Positions 1 through 13,105 of a stretch of DNA of 64,000 nt are shown here, piece after piece. Under the pieces are notes generated by a model. That model was not told the DNA's origin and made no database searches. It was given only the letters and a program-made list of their open reading frames with translations. The DNA is from Camelus ferus (lineage: Eukaryota), in assembly GCF_009834535.1 (NCBI RefSeq), contig NC_045697.1, forward strand, positions 57,290,001-57,354,000, in the 5' to 3' direction. The position numbers and the translations under genes were made by a program. Within the stretch, counting starts at the first letter, position 1, and the number at the start of each line of letters is the position of its first letter.

Positions 1-850
1 TTAATTTCATCACCTAAGTGTATATTCTTAAATAGAATAGTTTATGCTGGTTTTAGAATTTTATGTAAATGAAATTGCACCATATGTTTTGTCTCTCTTT
101 CTCAGTAGAAAATTTTGTCTGCTAGATTTGTCCTTCCTTTGTAACCAGCTCTATTTTGCTCACTTTCTTTGCTGTATAACATTTTATTGTTTGAATATAC
201 CATGATTTAGCCAGTCTACTGCTGATGGAGAGTTGGTTTTCAGCTATATATTATAATGTTGCTCTGAATATTCTTGTATGTGTATCCATCTACACATGTG
301 TACAAATTATTTGGGGATATATAAGAAAGAGTGCTTTCTGGGGTAATAGATTATAAATTTATTCCCTTTTACTATAAATGAATGTTTTTGATAGTTTATA
401 TTTCTACCCAAAAGTGAATGAGAATTAACATTTTTATGATATATTTCATATTATCATTTAATTTTTTTCTAATTATTGTCTAATAATCCCTTATTGCTAT
501 TTTTTGCCTTTCCTGATTACTAATGGGATTGGCATTTTTGTATGTTTCAATGATTTATTGATCTTTTATTTTTTGTCTTTCATGAGATAAATATGGAAGT
601 CCATTGCCCCTTCTGTAATTACACTTTATATATTTTATTAGTGATATAAATGATTTATTTATAAATTCTAGATATGAATCTTTTTTTAGTTTAATGCGTA
701 TTTTACTGTTTTTTTCATTTTGTGGATTGTATTTTCTTCTTTCAATGATAACTTTGTCAAACAGAAATTCTTCATTTTAATGTAGTCAGATTGATTACTT
801 CTATAAATAATGGTTTTATTCAATCTTTTTAAAGGAAATAGCCCCCAGAG
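1..850 (-). mobile_element. Old LINE-1 fragment (L1ME-like ORF2 3' end/3'UTR)
   Basis: T-rich degenerate antisense L1 motifs, e.g. tttcctgattactaatg (~510) and ataaattctagatatgaatc (~661). Boundaries approximate. Confidence 0.6.
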
Positions 851-2912
851 TAGACATTTTAGAAAATGTAAAGATACAGAAAGTTTATGGAAGAAAATAA
901 AATATTTCAGGATCACATAGCTAAAGAGTACACCTGAGTCAATGCTTTCCTCACTGTGTATGAGGTACATGTGTGTTTTCCATATTACTTTTGGTTTAAA
1001 AATGGCAAAGTAATAATTATTAAATCGACTTAATTTTATCACATAAATGAGGCTCAGAGCCTTTTGCAAGCCCATATAGTATTAGGTATATTGTAGTATC
1101 AGGTATCAGTAGTATAACCATGATTTAAATACAATTTTGTTAAGTACCATATTAGGTAATGTTACTATGATACCCATCATTTAATCCCAACTTTGCTGAG
1201 CTCCAGTTAAATAGTATGCAACTAATGTAGCTATTTGTGTGACATGCCGCCTCTTTCAAACACTTTACTGGGGCCTTAAAATCATACCATGAAGGTAGAC
1301 ATTTTATTATCTGTCTTCTTAGAACAATAATAACCATATAGGTTTTATTCACATTTTAACCCAGCAGATACTCAAGCATTTAGAGAATAAAGAAATCAGT
1401 AACTCTGCTTTTTATAATGGACCAGCTCTGGATCAGAATAATAGGAGACACAATAACAATTCATGTTTCCTTCAATGACTTGTTGAATTACTCTTGGGTG
1501 AATTTACTATTGAACATTACTCATCTGTAAAACTACAGTATCTTGTGATCACTTAAAAAATACCTTGAGATAACTCTTTTAGAAATATAGAGTGTTCTCA
1601 TAAATATAGTGTCTGCTGTTTCTACTTTATTTTCATATTTTAAAATACGTTTGGATATGCATAGCTTTTGATAACACAGCACTAAAACAGTATTCAGGAG
1701 AATAAACTATTACTTTGACAATTTATTTTTAGTGAAAAAAATACAATTTGCACAATATCAGGCTCTGAATATTCAGAAATAACATGAGCTAGATGGTACT
1801 GTCTACTTCTAAGAAAGCTTCAAAATGAATGTTATTTTTAAAGGTTTCTGAAACAAACATTTAATTTTGTTATTAAATTTGTCTTCACTTTTGATACAGA
1901 CAAACAATAAAACTCATATAGAAAGAGATAACTAAATGAATAATAATAGAAACCTTGGCTCTGTAATAGCTTCATTATTTGATGCATTTTACTCTTGGTT
2001 TTTATATATATTTTACCAGTTACAAACTATGTAGGGGAGCAGTACATGCCTCTGTTCATAACACCTTTCTAGTTCTTATATCATTTGCTTTTTAACATAT
2101 AAGGCTTTTTTTTTTAGCATTTTCTTCTTTGCTATCAGCCTCTTGTTTTTCTCTTGCTACTATTCATAGCATGCTTTCTATTATCAACATGTTCACACCT
2201 GTCTAGTTTAAACTGCATTTAATTAACTGCTTCTAGCCTGCTGTTGAAAGCAACTTGCGCACAAGCCATAATGTAAGATTTGTTTGTCAAATCTCAGTAA
2301 GTAATTTCCATATTAGGAAAGGGGAGATAACCTCAACCTTATGAGATAAACTATATTCATTTTCAGTAAATAATAAAAAAGTATTTATTTCTGTAGTCTA
2401 AACAAATATAGAAGAGAAGCAGTTTATATACAATTTTGAAGAAAAATGTTTGGTGGATATTGTCTAAGACACTTAAATTCTCTAAATATTAATTTTTAAC
2501 ATATAAGGTTAAATAGTAATGGTGTACACCTGAATGAAAATAATACCTGTGGAAAAATGGCAAAATTTTAGTCTTATGCTAATTAAAATAATATTAATGA
2601 TAATAATGGACTTCATGGATTCAAATGTTTTTATAATACTTCCCATTCATTATAAAATATTCAATATTTATTTGGCAAAGGAGTTAGTACATATAAAAGA
2701 TTAAACACAATGCATAGGAATAAGCAGTTAATAAATAATAGCTGTGTTGTTTGTCCTTATTTTCTGGTATTTTTACATGTATGTTGCCTTCTCTAAAATT
2801 ATTTAAACAAGTTGTCCTCATTTACCATTTTCTGATGTAATGTTTTCCTCCAGAACTTTTTGAAAATGTGAACAGCAAGAAGTTGTAATAGATCACAGCA
2901 ATGTATATTACT

Positions 2913-3041
2913 ATGTGACATGATAGAGGTGCTATCCCTACAATGGCAATCATATTACAATATATAGATGTATCATAACAACATATTGTATACTTAAATT
3001 TACGTAAATGTTGTATGTCAAATGTATTTCAATTAAAAAAA
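2913..3041 (+). mobile_element. Short L1 3'-end fragment (L1MA/L1MB-like)
   Basis: gtgacatgatagaggtgcta...tgttgtatgtcaaatgtatttcaattaaaaaaa is a typical L1 3' terminus with an A-tail. Confidence 0.7.
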
Positions 3042-4589
3042 TCAGAGGATAAACATTTGGACCAATAAAATTGAAGTGGTAAAACAGTATTACATATAAA
3101 TAAAATATAAACATAGTTTAAATAATAATGGTATTCATCCACAAAAGTGGAAAAATTATATTTAATTAGTTAATACCTTCTTATTAACTCAATTTACATT
3201 ATTTTAAATATTTTTCATGCACAATTTGTTATTTTAAGTGAAGGACAAACTAAATGATAAATATTTATTTGGACTTAGTAGTATTCCTTGGAGTCCTATA
3301 AATTATTACATTTAGAAGTTATCAAATCAAACAATGCAAACACATTATTGTAAAATTTTTTGAAATAAAGAAAATATGGTATAAGTTTAACATGGCTTGT
3401 CAGAATGTTAAACACTTATCTTTCCATTAATATACCTATTGAAATATAAAGGAAGAAAGGATCATTCATTCAAGAAATACAAACTGATTTCTTATTTTGA
3501 GCCAGGAAATCACATAAGCCCTGTTGTGATAAACAAGAAGGTAAGGCACTTGCCCTAATGGAACATGTATTTTAGAACCATAAAAATATGTAGTATTTTG
3601 TTTAAACAATTTTCATAATGGTTATTCCTTGAGTTATTTCCTATTTTAAGAGAATAATGTTATAAATAATGTTAATTATACTTTTATTATAAAAATAATT
3701 TTTAAAAAGTAATCATATCTATAAGAACAAGAATAATGATTAGCAATAACATTCCTTTTTTAATAAAATAGCAAATTATTACAAGTCTTTCCATATAACT
3801 TTAAATGTAGAAACTAAACTCATTTTAAAATACTAATCATTTTTTCTGGAAATTATAATGGTAATCTGAAAAAAATCATATAACTTCATTCTAACGAGAT
3901 GAGCACCTAGGATTCTAAATATGACATTAAAAAAACTATTGAATAATTAGCAATATCTAATAATTTTCTTAAGCATATTTAAACCACTTGACATATAAAT
4001 ATTAGTATATAACCATCAAATCAAAGCAAAAAATAGAGGAAAAAAGACATACGGTTAAAATAAGCATTTAAACAATACAGTTGAAAAAATGGGTTCTCAC
4101 ACTAAACTATGCATGATATGTGACAGCAGTTAGTATTGTGAAACTAAAAATTAAAAGATATAGGATAAAAAAAATACGGAAAAACCAGAAAGACAATGTG
4201 TATGTGTCTGTGTATTTACACACATAAAAATAAACTGCATTCAGTACAACATATTCATGCAGTTTATAATAATAAATTTAAAATCACAAATAAATACAAA
4301 AATTATGATATCCCTCACAATTTTTAAAAGATGAAACAATCTTTATTTCTAGATTTTAATGCATAATTTCCAGCCGTTTTAGTTTAATCATTAAAAAAAT
4401 AATAAAATGTAAAGAAAACTGATTACAAACACATCAAATTAATATTAAATAATTATACTCATAAGCTTTCTGGATATTTATGGTGTTTTGACATATAGTC
4501 TTTATTTATATAGAAATACAGATCTTTAAGTATTGGTGTATAAATGACAATCTGTTTTCAATTTCTTGTAACAATTCATGGACAGACTA

Positions 4590-5460
4590 CTATGTGTTTC
4601 CCTACCAGCAATGTATGAGATTTTCAACTGATTCATATCCTTACCAATATTTTATTGTTGACTGTTTTTAAAATTTTAGCCATTCTAGCAGCTGTATAAA
4701 TAATAGTATATCATCATCTTTTTAATTTGTATTTCCTTAATGTCTACTAATGTTTAGCATTTTAAAATGTCCTTACTAACCATTTGTATGTACCTATTCC
4801 TTTGGAAAGTGTTTATTTACTTTTGTTGTTGTTGGCTTTCTTTCAAGGGGAAACTTTGTCTTTTAACTAAGTATAGGAGTCCTTTGTATGGTTTTAAAAA
4901 GATCTTCTGTCAGATATGTATTTGACAGAATATTCTCTCAGTGTATGGACTATTTTCTTAACAGTTAGAGAAAAGCCTTTACTTGTAGTGAATTCAAATA
5001 TATGTATATATGTTATTTGCTTTATACATCCTATCAAAAAAAATTCCCTACCTCTAAGTTGCAAAAATATCCTTCTAGATTTCTTTTAGAAACTTATAGA
5101 TTTAGCATTTCTGTATTGACACCTTGAAAAAAATTTATATGTGAATTATGAGATTAAATTTGAGGTTCACTATTGCCACATTTTTTTCAGTTAGTATATA
5201 ATCCTTACTTAAATAGTCTTTCTTTCCACAGTTGAATTACTTGGGTAAGTTTTTGAAAATCATTTCATCAATTGGTTTATTCTTAGACTCTCTATTATGT
5301 TATATTGATCTATTTTTCCATTTTGCCCCAAAACCACAAGGTATTAATGTCTGTAGTTTTATAATAAGACTTGAAGTCAGATAGTGTAAGTCTTTAAACT
5401 TTGTACTTAAAAAAAATTTTTTTTTTTGGTTATTCCATGTCCTGCGAATTATCATACATC
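4590..5460 (-). mobile_element. Old L1 ORF2 fragment
   Basis: Antisense L1 motifs: ccagcaatgtatgaga, ttttagccattctag, tgtagttttataataagacttgaagtcagatagtgtaag. Confidence 0.75.
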
Positions 5461-6629
5461 CTGCAGAGAGCTTTGAATGATTTTGGCTCTAAATAAGATG
5501 AGAGCTGTTATGTAGCTTAGTGTGTCATTTTGTATTATATACTGCAGTTATCTTAATTAATGCAAAAATGATTTATTTATTTGCTTCTGTCAAAGAAGAA
5601 TATTAGGTTTAAAATATACTTCCAATGGTTCCTTTCTTGAGTATCTGAGTATCTTCCTGGCATTACCTGTCAACAGACTATTATCTGGCATTTCTACTTA
5701 TCCCATATTTTTAAATGCCTCAAATAATTCTACACAGTCACTTAATCTGTAGTTTGAGAGATGATTTAGGAATGGGATTTATTCTGATCTCTTCAATTCC
5801 ATTTAAGTAAGAACTATTTTTTTCTTTCTCTTCAGAACATTTGAAAAGCATTTCCTAAATGCATTTCTTTAGGCTTATGTGTTTTATTTTATAGAAGGTG
5901 TTCTTATTTTGATCAATAATATTTCATTCTCTAAAGCATTTTTTATATACATTTTACATTTAGAATATATAGTACTCCAGATCAAGAACTTTTCTGTTTT
6001 TTTCTTTTTTGAGGTGGCTCAATGGTTTGATTTTTTTTATTATTATTTTCTTCTTTTAAAAAAATATTTTTAATTGAAGAACAGTCAGTTGAAATAGCAC
6101 AGAAATATTTCCCTACTGTTGGCTTGTAGGTATCATTCCCTTCTGTTGGCTAATTTAGAGTGTTTCTGTACAAGCTGAAATTATTCCTTGTCAGTAACTA
6201 AATCATTTTCCACCTACTATGTAACAAAACAAGTGAGAAAGAAAATGGGCTCACTATAGAGGAAATGGACTTATAGCTTCCTTTTTTTTTTAGTATGAAT
6301 GATGACTATCTTCCTTGGATGTAGTTCAAATGAAATAGTATTTGAGGACCTATACTGTTTTGTTTAATCATGACACAAATTATAATTAGTATGATCATTA
6401 TTTCAAATATCTTGTGAACTGCTATTGAAATTCCATGTGCTCTATTATGGGGAATCTGTTATTATTGATAAAAATTGATACTGAATACTAATGAAGGTTG
6501 ATATTTATTCTCAATGGAAGTCGTCAAGCAAAAAGAAACTTTATGCCAATCAACTTTAAAGCAGTCAAATATTATCAGTCTTTGTGTAGAATTACTAGAG
6601 ATTTAGTCACAGTAAATCTCAATGTTAAA

Positions 6630-6805
6630 CCATAAGGCATTTGAAATCCGAAAGACCTAAGTTTGAATTCTGTCTCCACATATATTTCTGATTCCTAATA
6701 ACTACATTCAGAAAAAAAGTTACTAATGTCATCTTTCTCATGGGAATGTTGTGAAAACTGTGTTTTTGATTTTAGTGTCTGGCATGAATTTGTTGTTCAG
6801 AAAGA
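6630..6805 (+). mobile_element. MIR SINE remnant
   Basis: agacctaagtttgaattctgtctccac (B-box-like) and ctcatgggaatgttgtgaaa (MIR core-like). Confidence 0.5.
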
Positions 6806-6899
6806 TTTTTTTTCCCTTTCTCATCCTTTGTTTCAATGTATTTGAAACATCAGACTCTATTGTTTTCTCTGTTGTCTATAATTATTTAATAGTAAATGG

Positions 6900-7391
6900 A
6901 TTAGTCAGGATTTTTTGTTGTAAGGAATAAACAGTCTGGTCAAATGAATCTAAGCAAAAAAGAATCAGTACATCCAAGGATATGTAGTACCTTAAATGAC
7001 TTCATACTGTGACAGAACCAAGCATTTGATTTATTTCTTCCTGAATCGTTGTTTATTCCAGTCTGGAGTTATCCACAGTGTTAAAACCTGCAATCCCAAG
7101 CTTACGCCACATGTAAAGTTAACAAAAACATTAGAGAGATATCTGGGCTTTCACTTCTCTGTGTCACAGGACAATCCCCAGCTGTTTATGTATGGCCAAA
7201 GGTCTTCAGTAATTTCTTTAGAAAGATCAGATCATATGTCTGGTCCTGTACCCAGTGTGTGAGTTCAGTCCTATCCTATTCACATACACTGAGGAGGGAA
7301 GCGGGTGGTTTTCACAAAAGAAACGTGGATGCAGTTAACAGAAGAAGGAGGAATGGATGCTTATAGCAAATATAACAGGTGTCTTTACACT
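6900..7391 (-). mobile_element. Ancient MaLR LTR (MLT1J/K-like)
   Basis: Starts ttagtcaggattttttgttgtaagg and ends cagaagaaggaggaatggatgc...acaggtgtctttaca, resembling old MLT1 termini. Confidence 0.55.
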
Positions 7392-7934
7392 GAATTTGTA
7401 ATTATCTTCATTAGTCAGACTGAGGTTCAGTAATATTTTTAGGATTTTCTGATAATTTAAATGCTTTTTGTCCTAACTCTGTTGATCTCAAAACATTTTA
7501 ACTATAGTCCAGATATGTGGAGCTTGAATACTTTCAGATCTAAATATCTGAACATTTCATTTCTCTTCCTTTTTTAATCCTTTTGTGCCTTCTTCCAGTC
7601 TAGATTCTCTATGGCTCCCTAATATTTAATTACAAGCTACTTCTCTTTAACTTATCCTTTTCCAAATACCTTGTTTATTTTTCCCTAAAGGAATTCTCAT
7701 CAGATGTTCCTTTATTAACATTTTTCTGGAAAACTCTTTTCATCATGTTTTATTTCTGACATCTGATGTAAGCTTATAATTGCTAGAGGAGGTAGCAAAA
7801 TTATTTGTAATAAAAATCTTCAAACATCAAATATATTTGATTTTGTATATTAATACATTAAGAATTAGAGACAGTTATTCACAGAATATTCTCTAAAACT
7901 CTATTATTTATTATTAAAAATGATAGATTCTTAA

Positions 7935-8450
7935 TGTGACAGTCAAGGCTCAGATCAGGAAATAGAAAATTTTCTAGATGTTCAAAGAGAAAGGATTTAA
8001 TATAATAAAATAAATGCCAAATAATAAAAATGTTTGGATGAGGAGAAATCAGAGTTGTGAGAAGACTTCCTGGATATTTTACTTTAAAATAACATCATCA
8101 GTCTTGTGATATAGAAATAAGAAACTGGCTGCTTCCACCCACTATCCCGGTGCTTATGCCACAACTCCCTTTGAAGCTGTAGCAGGACCGTGTGATATGA
8201 GGTTAACTTATTTCAGACACATTCATCAGCACTTTAACTTGACACCATTGCCTCCATTTCTGCATTCCAACAGTAGTACAAATACATTTCATTAGAAGAA
8301 CCTAAGCAACATTTACTTCTTAGTACCAAGGGTGTCTGTAAAATGAAATCTTTAATTTTCAAGCTCATGTGATTTGGGAGAAGAGAGTTGAACTATAGAA
8401 GGCAGTGAAAAGGGATGCAGACTACCAGTAGAAGAATCAAGCACAGATAC
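7935..8450. mobile_element. Ancient ERVL-type LTR remnant
   Basis: gacagtcaaggctcagatcaggaaatagaaa resembles old ERVL LTR ends; highly diverged. Confidence 0.35.
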
Positions 8451-8709
8451 AGTAGAAAGTTATTGTAAAAAGGTAGCCAGAAGTATAGGTTAAGATAAAT
8501 GCCAATACTGTGCACTTATTGCATGTAAACATAGTCAACAGAATGATATGACCTATTGCATTCTGAAATAATACAAAATATGTCATTGCTTCTGTGGAAA
8601 ATTAGTGTTAAATTGGTGTCCAGGGATAAATAGATGTGTTTCAACAGGGATGTCAATTATCTCAGTGTGTAACATTTTCTGTTTATATGTATAGGTACAT
8701 TTTTTTTCT

Positions 8710-9275
8710 TATAGGTAATTAACTGAATAAATAACACAATAAAATGTATTAACACCTCACAAATGAGTTCCGTTGTAATGTGGCTGTTATCTAGTTTAAT
8801 GAAAAAGATGAAAAGGCTGTTAACAATGAAAATGTATGTTTTCATTTATCTTACTAATCAAACTTATTTCACTAATCAGTGACATGAGCAACATTTTTGC
8901 TAAAATAGGTAACAGTTTTCAAATACTAGAATATTTCCTCAGTTTTTGTGCTATTTACAACTTAATGGCTGCAAATAAGATACACTTTTAAGTTCATAGG
9001 GATTATTAACATTTTGTCCCTCACTTTCTTAAGCCCATACAAGTAACAAACTGTAAATCAAGCAATAATTGTGTTTTCTGCTGGTTTCCCTGGTGTAACA
9101 TTCCCACCATAGCTGACCTTAGGTTACCAACATAATGTTGCCAAATATGAAGTTGTGAAGAGATGTGCAGTAGCACACCAATATATTGTATTTCTATTAG
9201 ATAGATACAATGGAGATAACCTCAAGAACATAATTAATCAAAAATAGTAAATAACAAAATAGTAATTAGAAATAT
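8710..9275. mobile_element. hAT-Tip100 DNA transposon fragment (Arthur1-like)
   Basis: cccaccatagctgacc...gaagagatgtgcagtagcacaccaatatattgtatttc...ataacctcaagaaca matches my recollection of Arthur1. Confidence 0.6.
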
Positions 9276-9999
9276 ATATACATATCAAAAAATGATGGAG
9301 CCTAAAAACAAAACTGTGATAACACAAAACAGTAATGTTTCTGAGATAAAATTTCATCAGCATTTAGAGAATTTATGATGTCACTTAGACTAGACACAGA
9401 GAACAGTAGGAAGTAAGATAATTTAATTTGCATTAAAAATAATCTGTGGTTTGAACAAGGAAGGGTATTGTTAGACGATTCAAACATGTATTGATTCATG
9501 GAATATAATAAGCAGAACAAAATGTTTTTAATGCTATGGTCAGAATAAAGAGAAAGATGGAGTTCACTATTTGATAAAAACGGCATGTCAAAAGATAGAA
9601 GACAGAAACATCAGTATCATTTGATTGTATCTTTTAAACAAAAATGTACAATGAAGAGAATGGAAGGTTTCTAAAAATATCATTTAGAAATAATGAATGT
9701 TCCTCATGGGAAAAAGCAAATTTGAAAGCACTTAATTCAACACCAAAATAAATCCCTTCCTAGGACTTACTCAGAATTATTTCAGAACTGTTGCAGTGGT
9801 AGAGTATCAACATTGGACAAGTGATCTTGTGTTTACCCTTATCCTTTCCACTTAATGAATCTGGAACTTGGAAATTTTACTTACTCTTTTTAAATAGTTT
9901 CTTCCTGGAAAAGTGAATACACAGCATTTAGCCTAGTGTGTGACAAATGACAAGTGATTTTTTATTGTTATCAGTAAATGCTATTATTTATGAGTCAAA

Positions 10000-10300
10000 G
10001 AGAATTGAGCAGGTGCCAGGAGACTAGATTACAAAAAAAGGAAATAAGAGGCTCTGCCCTCTGAATTTATAGTGTAAAGAGACTGACAATTAAACAATAA
10101 ATTGTACCACTGTGTCAAATTTATGATATGTGAAATACTAAGCATTGGCAGCTGACCTGGTAATAATGGTCAAGGAAAGCTTACCTCAAAAACTAATATT
10201 TAAGTTGAGGACATGAAGTAGATAGGAGTTATCTAGAAGAAACAGTGGTCAGAGAGAGGGTAATGTTTCAGACAGAAGGTATATATTATATATAAGGCTG
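10000..10300 (-). mobile_element. L2 fragment
   Basis: ctctgccctctgaatttatagt and ggtcaaggaaagcttacc...ttaagttgag are typical antisense L2 3' motifs. Confidence 0.55.
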
Positions 10301-10309
10301 AAGATCCCA

Positions 10310-10534
10310 AAAATTATATTAAACAGCAAAGGCAAAAATCAACTAGCAAGAATACATCAGAGAACTTCTGCACATAAAAAGAAACAATAAAATGAAGAAG
10401 CAACCTACAGAATGGGAGAAAATATTTGCAAACCATATATTGGATAAGGGGTTGATATCCAAACTATATAAAGAACCATACACACCAAAAACAAACAAAA
10501 AAGCCAAACAATTTGGTTTAAAATGGGCAAGGTA
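10310..10534 (+). mobile_element. Outer host L1, left part (late ORF2)
   Basis: Encodes [27 protein letters not shown], a late-ORF2 segment. Breaks at aaaatgggcaagg and resumes at ~13106. Confidence 0.85.
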
Positions 10535-11651
10535 TCTTAAGAGATTACTATCAACAATTATGTACCAAAAAATGGACAACCTAGAAGAAATGGACAAATT
10601 CCTAGCAACATACAAACTCCCAAGGTTGAACCAGAAATAAACAGAAAATATTAACCAGTTATGAAATTGAATCAGTAATAATAATTTTAAAAACTTCCAA
10701 AACACAAAAGTCCAGGATCAGATGGTTTTACAGGTGATTTCTGCCAAACATTTAGAGGAGAGTTAATGCCTATCCTTCTCAAACCATTTCAAAAGTTGCA
10801 GAGGAAGGAATGCTTCTGTATGCATGCTATGAGCCATTCTGATACCAAAGATATCACAAAAGAAAAATTACAAACTAGTATCACTGATGAACATAGATGC
10901 AGAAAGCCTCAAAAATACTAGCAGACTGAATCAAGCAATGCATTAAAAGAATCATACACCATGATTAAGTGGGTTTTATCCCAGGAGTGCAAAAATTTTA
11001 TAATATCTATAAATCAGTCAATGTGATACACTACATTAACAAATCAAAGAATAAAAATAATATTGTTATCTCAATAGATGCAGAGATACCTTTTGACAAA
11101 ATTCAACATCCATTTCTAATAAAAACTCAACAAATTGGGTAAAGAGAGAACATACAAGAGAACATACTTCAACATAATAAAGACCATATATGACAAGCCT
11201 ATAGCTAACATCATAATCAATGGTGAAAAGTTTAAAAGCATTTCCTCTAAGATCAGGAAAAGACAAGGATGCCCACTCTTGCCACTTTTAATCAACATAC
11301 TATTTGTTGTCCTAGTCACAGCAATCAGTCAGGAAAAATAAACAAAAGTAATCCAAACTGGAAAGGAAGAAGTGAAATTGCCACTGTTTGCTGATGACAT
11401 GATACTATACATAGAAAATCTTAAGATGCCACCAGAAAACTACTAGAGTTTGTCAGTGAATTTCATAAGGCTGCAGGATGCAAAATTAATATACAGAAGT
11501 CTACTGTATTTCTGTATACTAACAGTGAGCTATCAAAAAGAGAAATTAAGAAAATAATTCCATTTATAATCACATCAAAAAGAATAAAATACCTAGAAAT
11601 AAATCTAACTAAAAAGGTAAAAGACCTGCACTATGAAAACTGTAAGACTGG

Positions 11652-12289
11652 TGAAAATGCTCAATATTGCTAATTAGCAGAGAATTGCAAATCAAAACTA
11701 TCACCTCACACCAGTCAGAATGGCCACCATTAAAAAGTTCACAAACGATAAATGCTGGAGCAGGTGTGGAGAAAAGGGAACCCACCTACACTGTTGGTGG
11801 GAATGTAGTTTGGTGCAACCATTATGGAAATAGTATGCAGATTCCTTAAAAAACTGAAAATAGACTTACCCTATGATCTAGCAATCCCACTCCTGGGCAT
11901 ATATCCAGAGGAAACTCTAATTTGAAAAGACACATGCACCCCAATGTTCATAGCGACACTATTTACAATTGCCAAGACATGGAAGCAACCTAAATGTTCT
12001 TTGACAAATGACTGGATAAAGGAGTTGTGGTATATATATATGTATACACACACACACACACACACACACATACATACATATACACACACACAATGGAATA
12101 CTATTCAGCCTTAAAAAATAATAAAATAATGCCATTTGCAGTAACATGGATGGACCTGGAGGTTGTCACACTAAGTAGCCAGAAAGAGAAAGAAAAATAC
12201 CATATGCTATCACTTATATATGGAATCTAAAAAAAGAAAAAAAAAAACCCATAAATGAACTTATTTACAAAACAGAGACAGACTCACAA
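11652..12289 (+). mobile_element. Younger L1 fragment (ORF2 C-terminus and start of 3'UTR) inside the nested L1
   Basis: Closely resembles 31470-32080. Encodes MEYYSALK...MPFAVTWMDLE and ends at gactcaca with no poly(A). Confidence 0.85.
12031..12091. repeat. (TA)n/(CA)n microsatellite expanded inside L1 ORF2
   Basis: Read directly. Confidence 0.95.
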
Positions 12290-13105
12290 TTGATATTGTC
12301 AAAATGACCACACTGCCCAAGATTCAGCACAATCTCTATCAAAATACCAAAGGCATTTTTCACAGAACTAGAACAAATAATTTTTAAATTTGTATGGAAA
12401 CATAAAAGACCCTGAATAGCCAAAACAACCTTGAGAAAGAAGAAAAAGCTGGAGGTGTCACTCTCCCTGATTTCAAACTTTACTACAAAGCTACAGATAG
12501 AGGAATAAGTCAGACAGAGAAATATAAATGGTGTATGGTTTTTCTTATATGTGCAATTTAAAAAATAAATAAAAATAACAAACATATAACAAAGTTTGTA
12601 TGGTGATATATTGTATCTAGACTTATTGTGGTGATCACTTCAAAATGTATAGAAGTATTGAATCACTATGTTGTTTAACAGGAACTGACATAGTGTTATA
12701 GGCTAATTATTCTTCAAAAACAAACAAAAAAAATAAACTCATAGAAAGAGAGATCAGATTTGTGGTTATCAAAGGAGGAATGTGGGAGAAAGGGACTTTG
12801 ATGAAGGCAATCAAAAGATACAAACTTCCAGTTACAAGATGAGTAAGCACTAGGGATATAACGTACAACATGATAAATATAACAAACACTGCTGTATTGT
12901 TATATATGAAAATGGTTAAGAGAGTAAATCATGAGTTCTCATCACAGGAAAAAAATATTTTCTATTTCTTTAGTTTTATACCTATACAAGATGATGGATA
13001 TGCACGAAACTGACTGTGATGATCCTTTTATGATGTATGTAAGTTAAATCATTATGCTCCACATCTTACACTTATACAGTGCTCATACCTCAATAAAACT
13101 GGAAG

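Noticed and set aside
686..1075. 129-aa ORF and the other short F/L/I-rich ORFs
   Set aside because: Low-complexity composition expected from AT-rich DNA or old repeats; no recognisable domain.
2237..2296. Possible 60-bp plus-strand exon (ttctag / gtaagt, open frame PAVESNLRTSHNVRFVCQIS)
   Set aside because: Weak polypyrimidine tract, unrecognised peptide and no partner exons; expected by chance in 64 kb.
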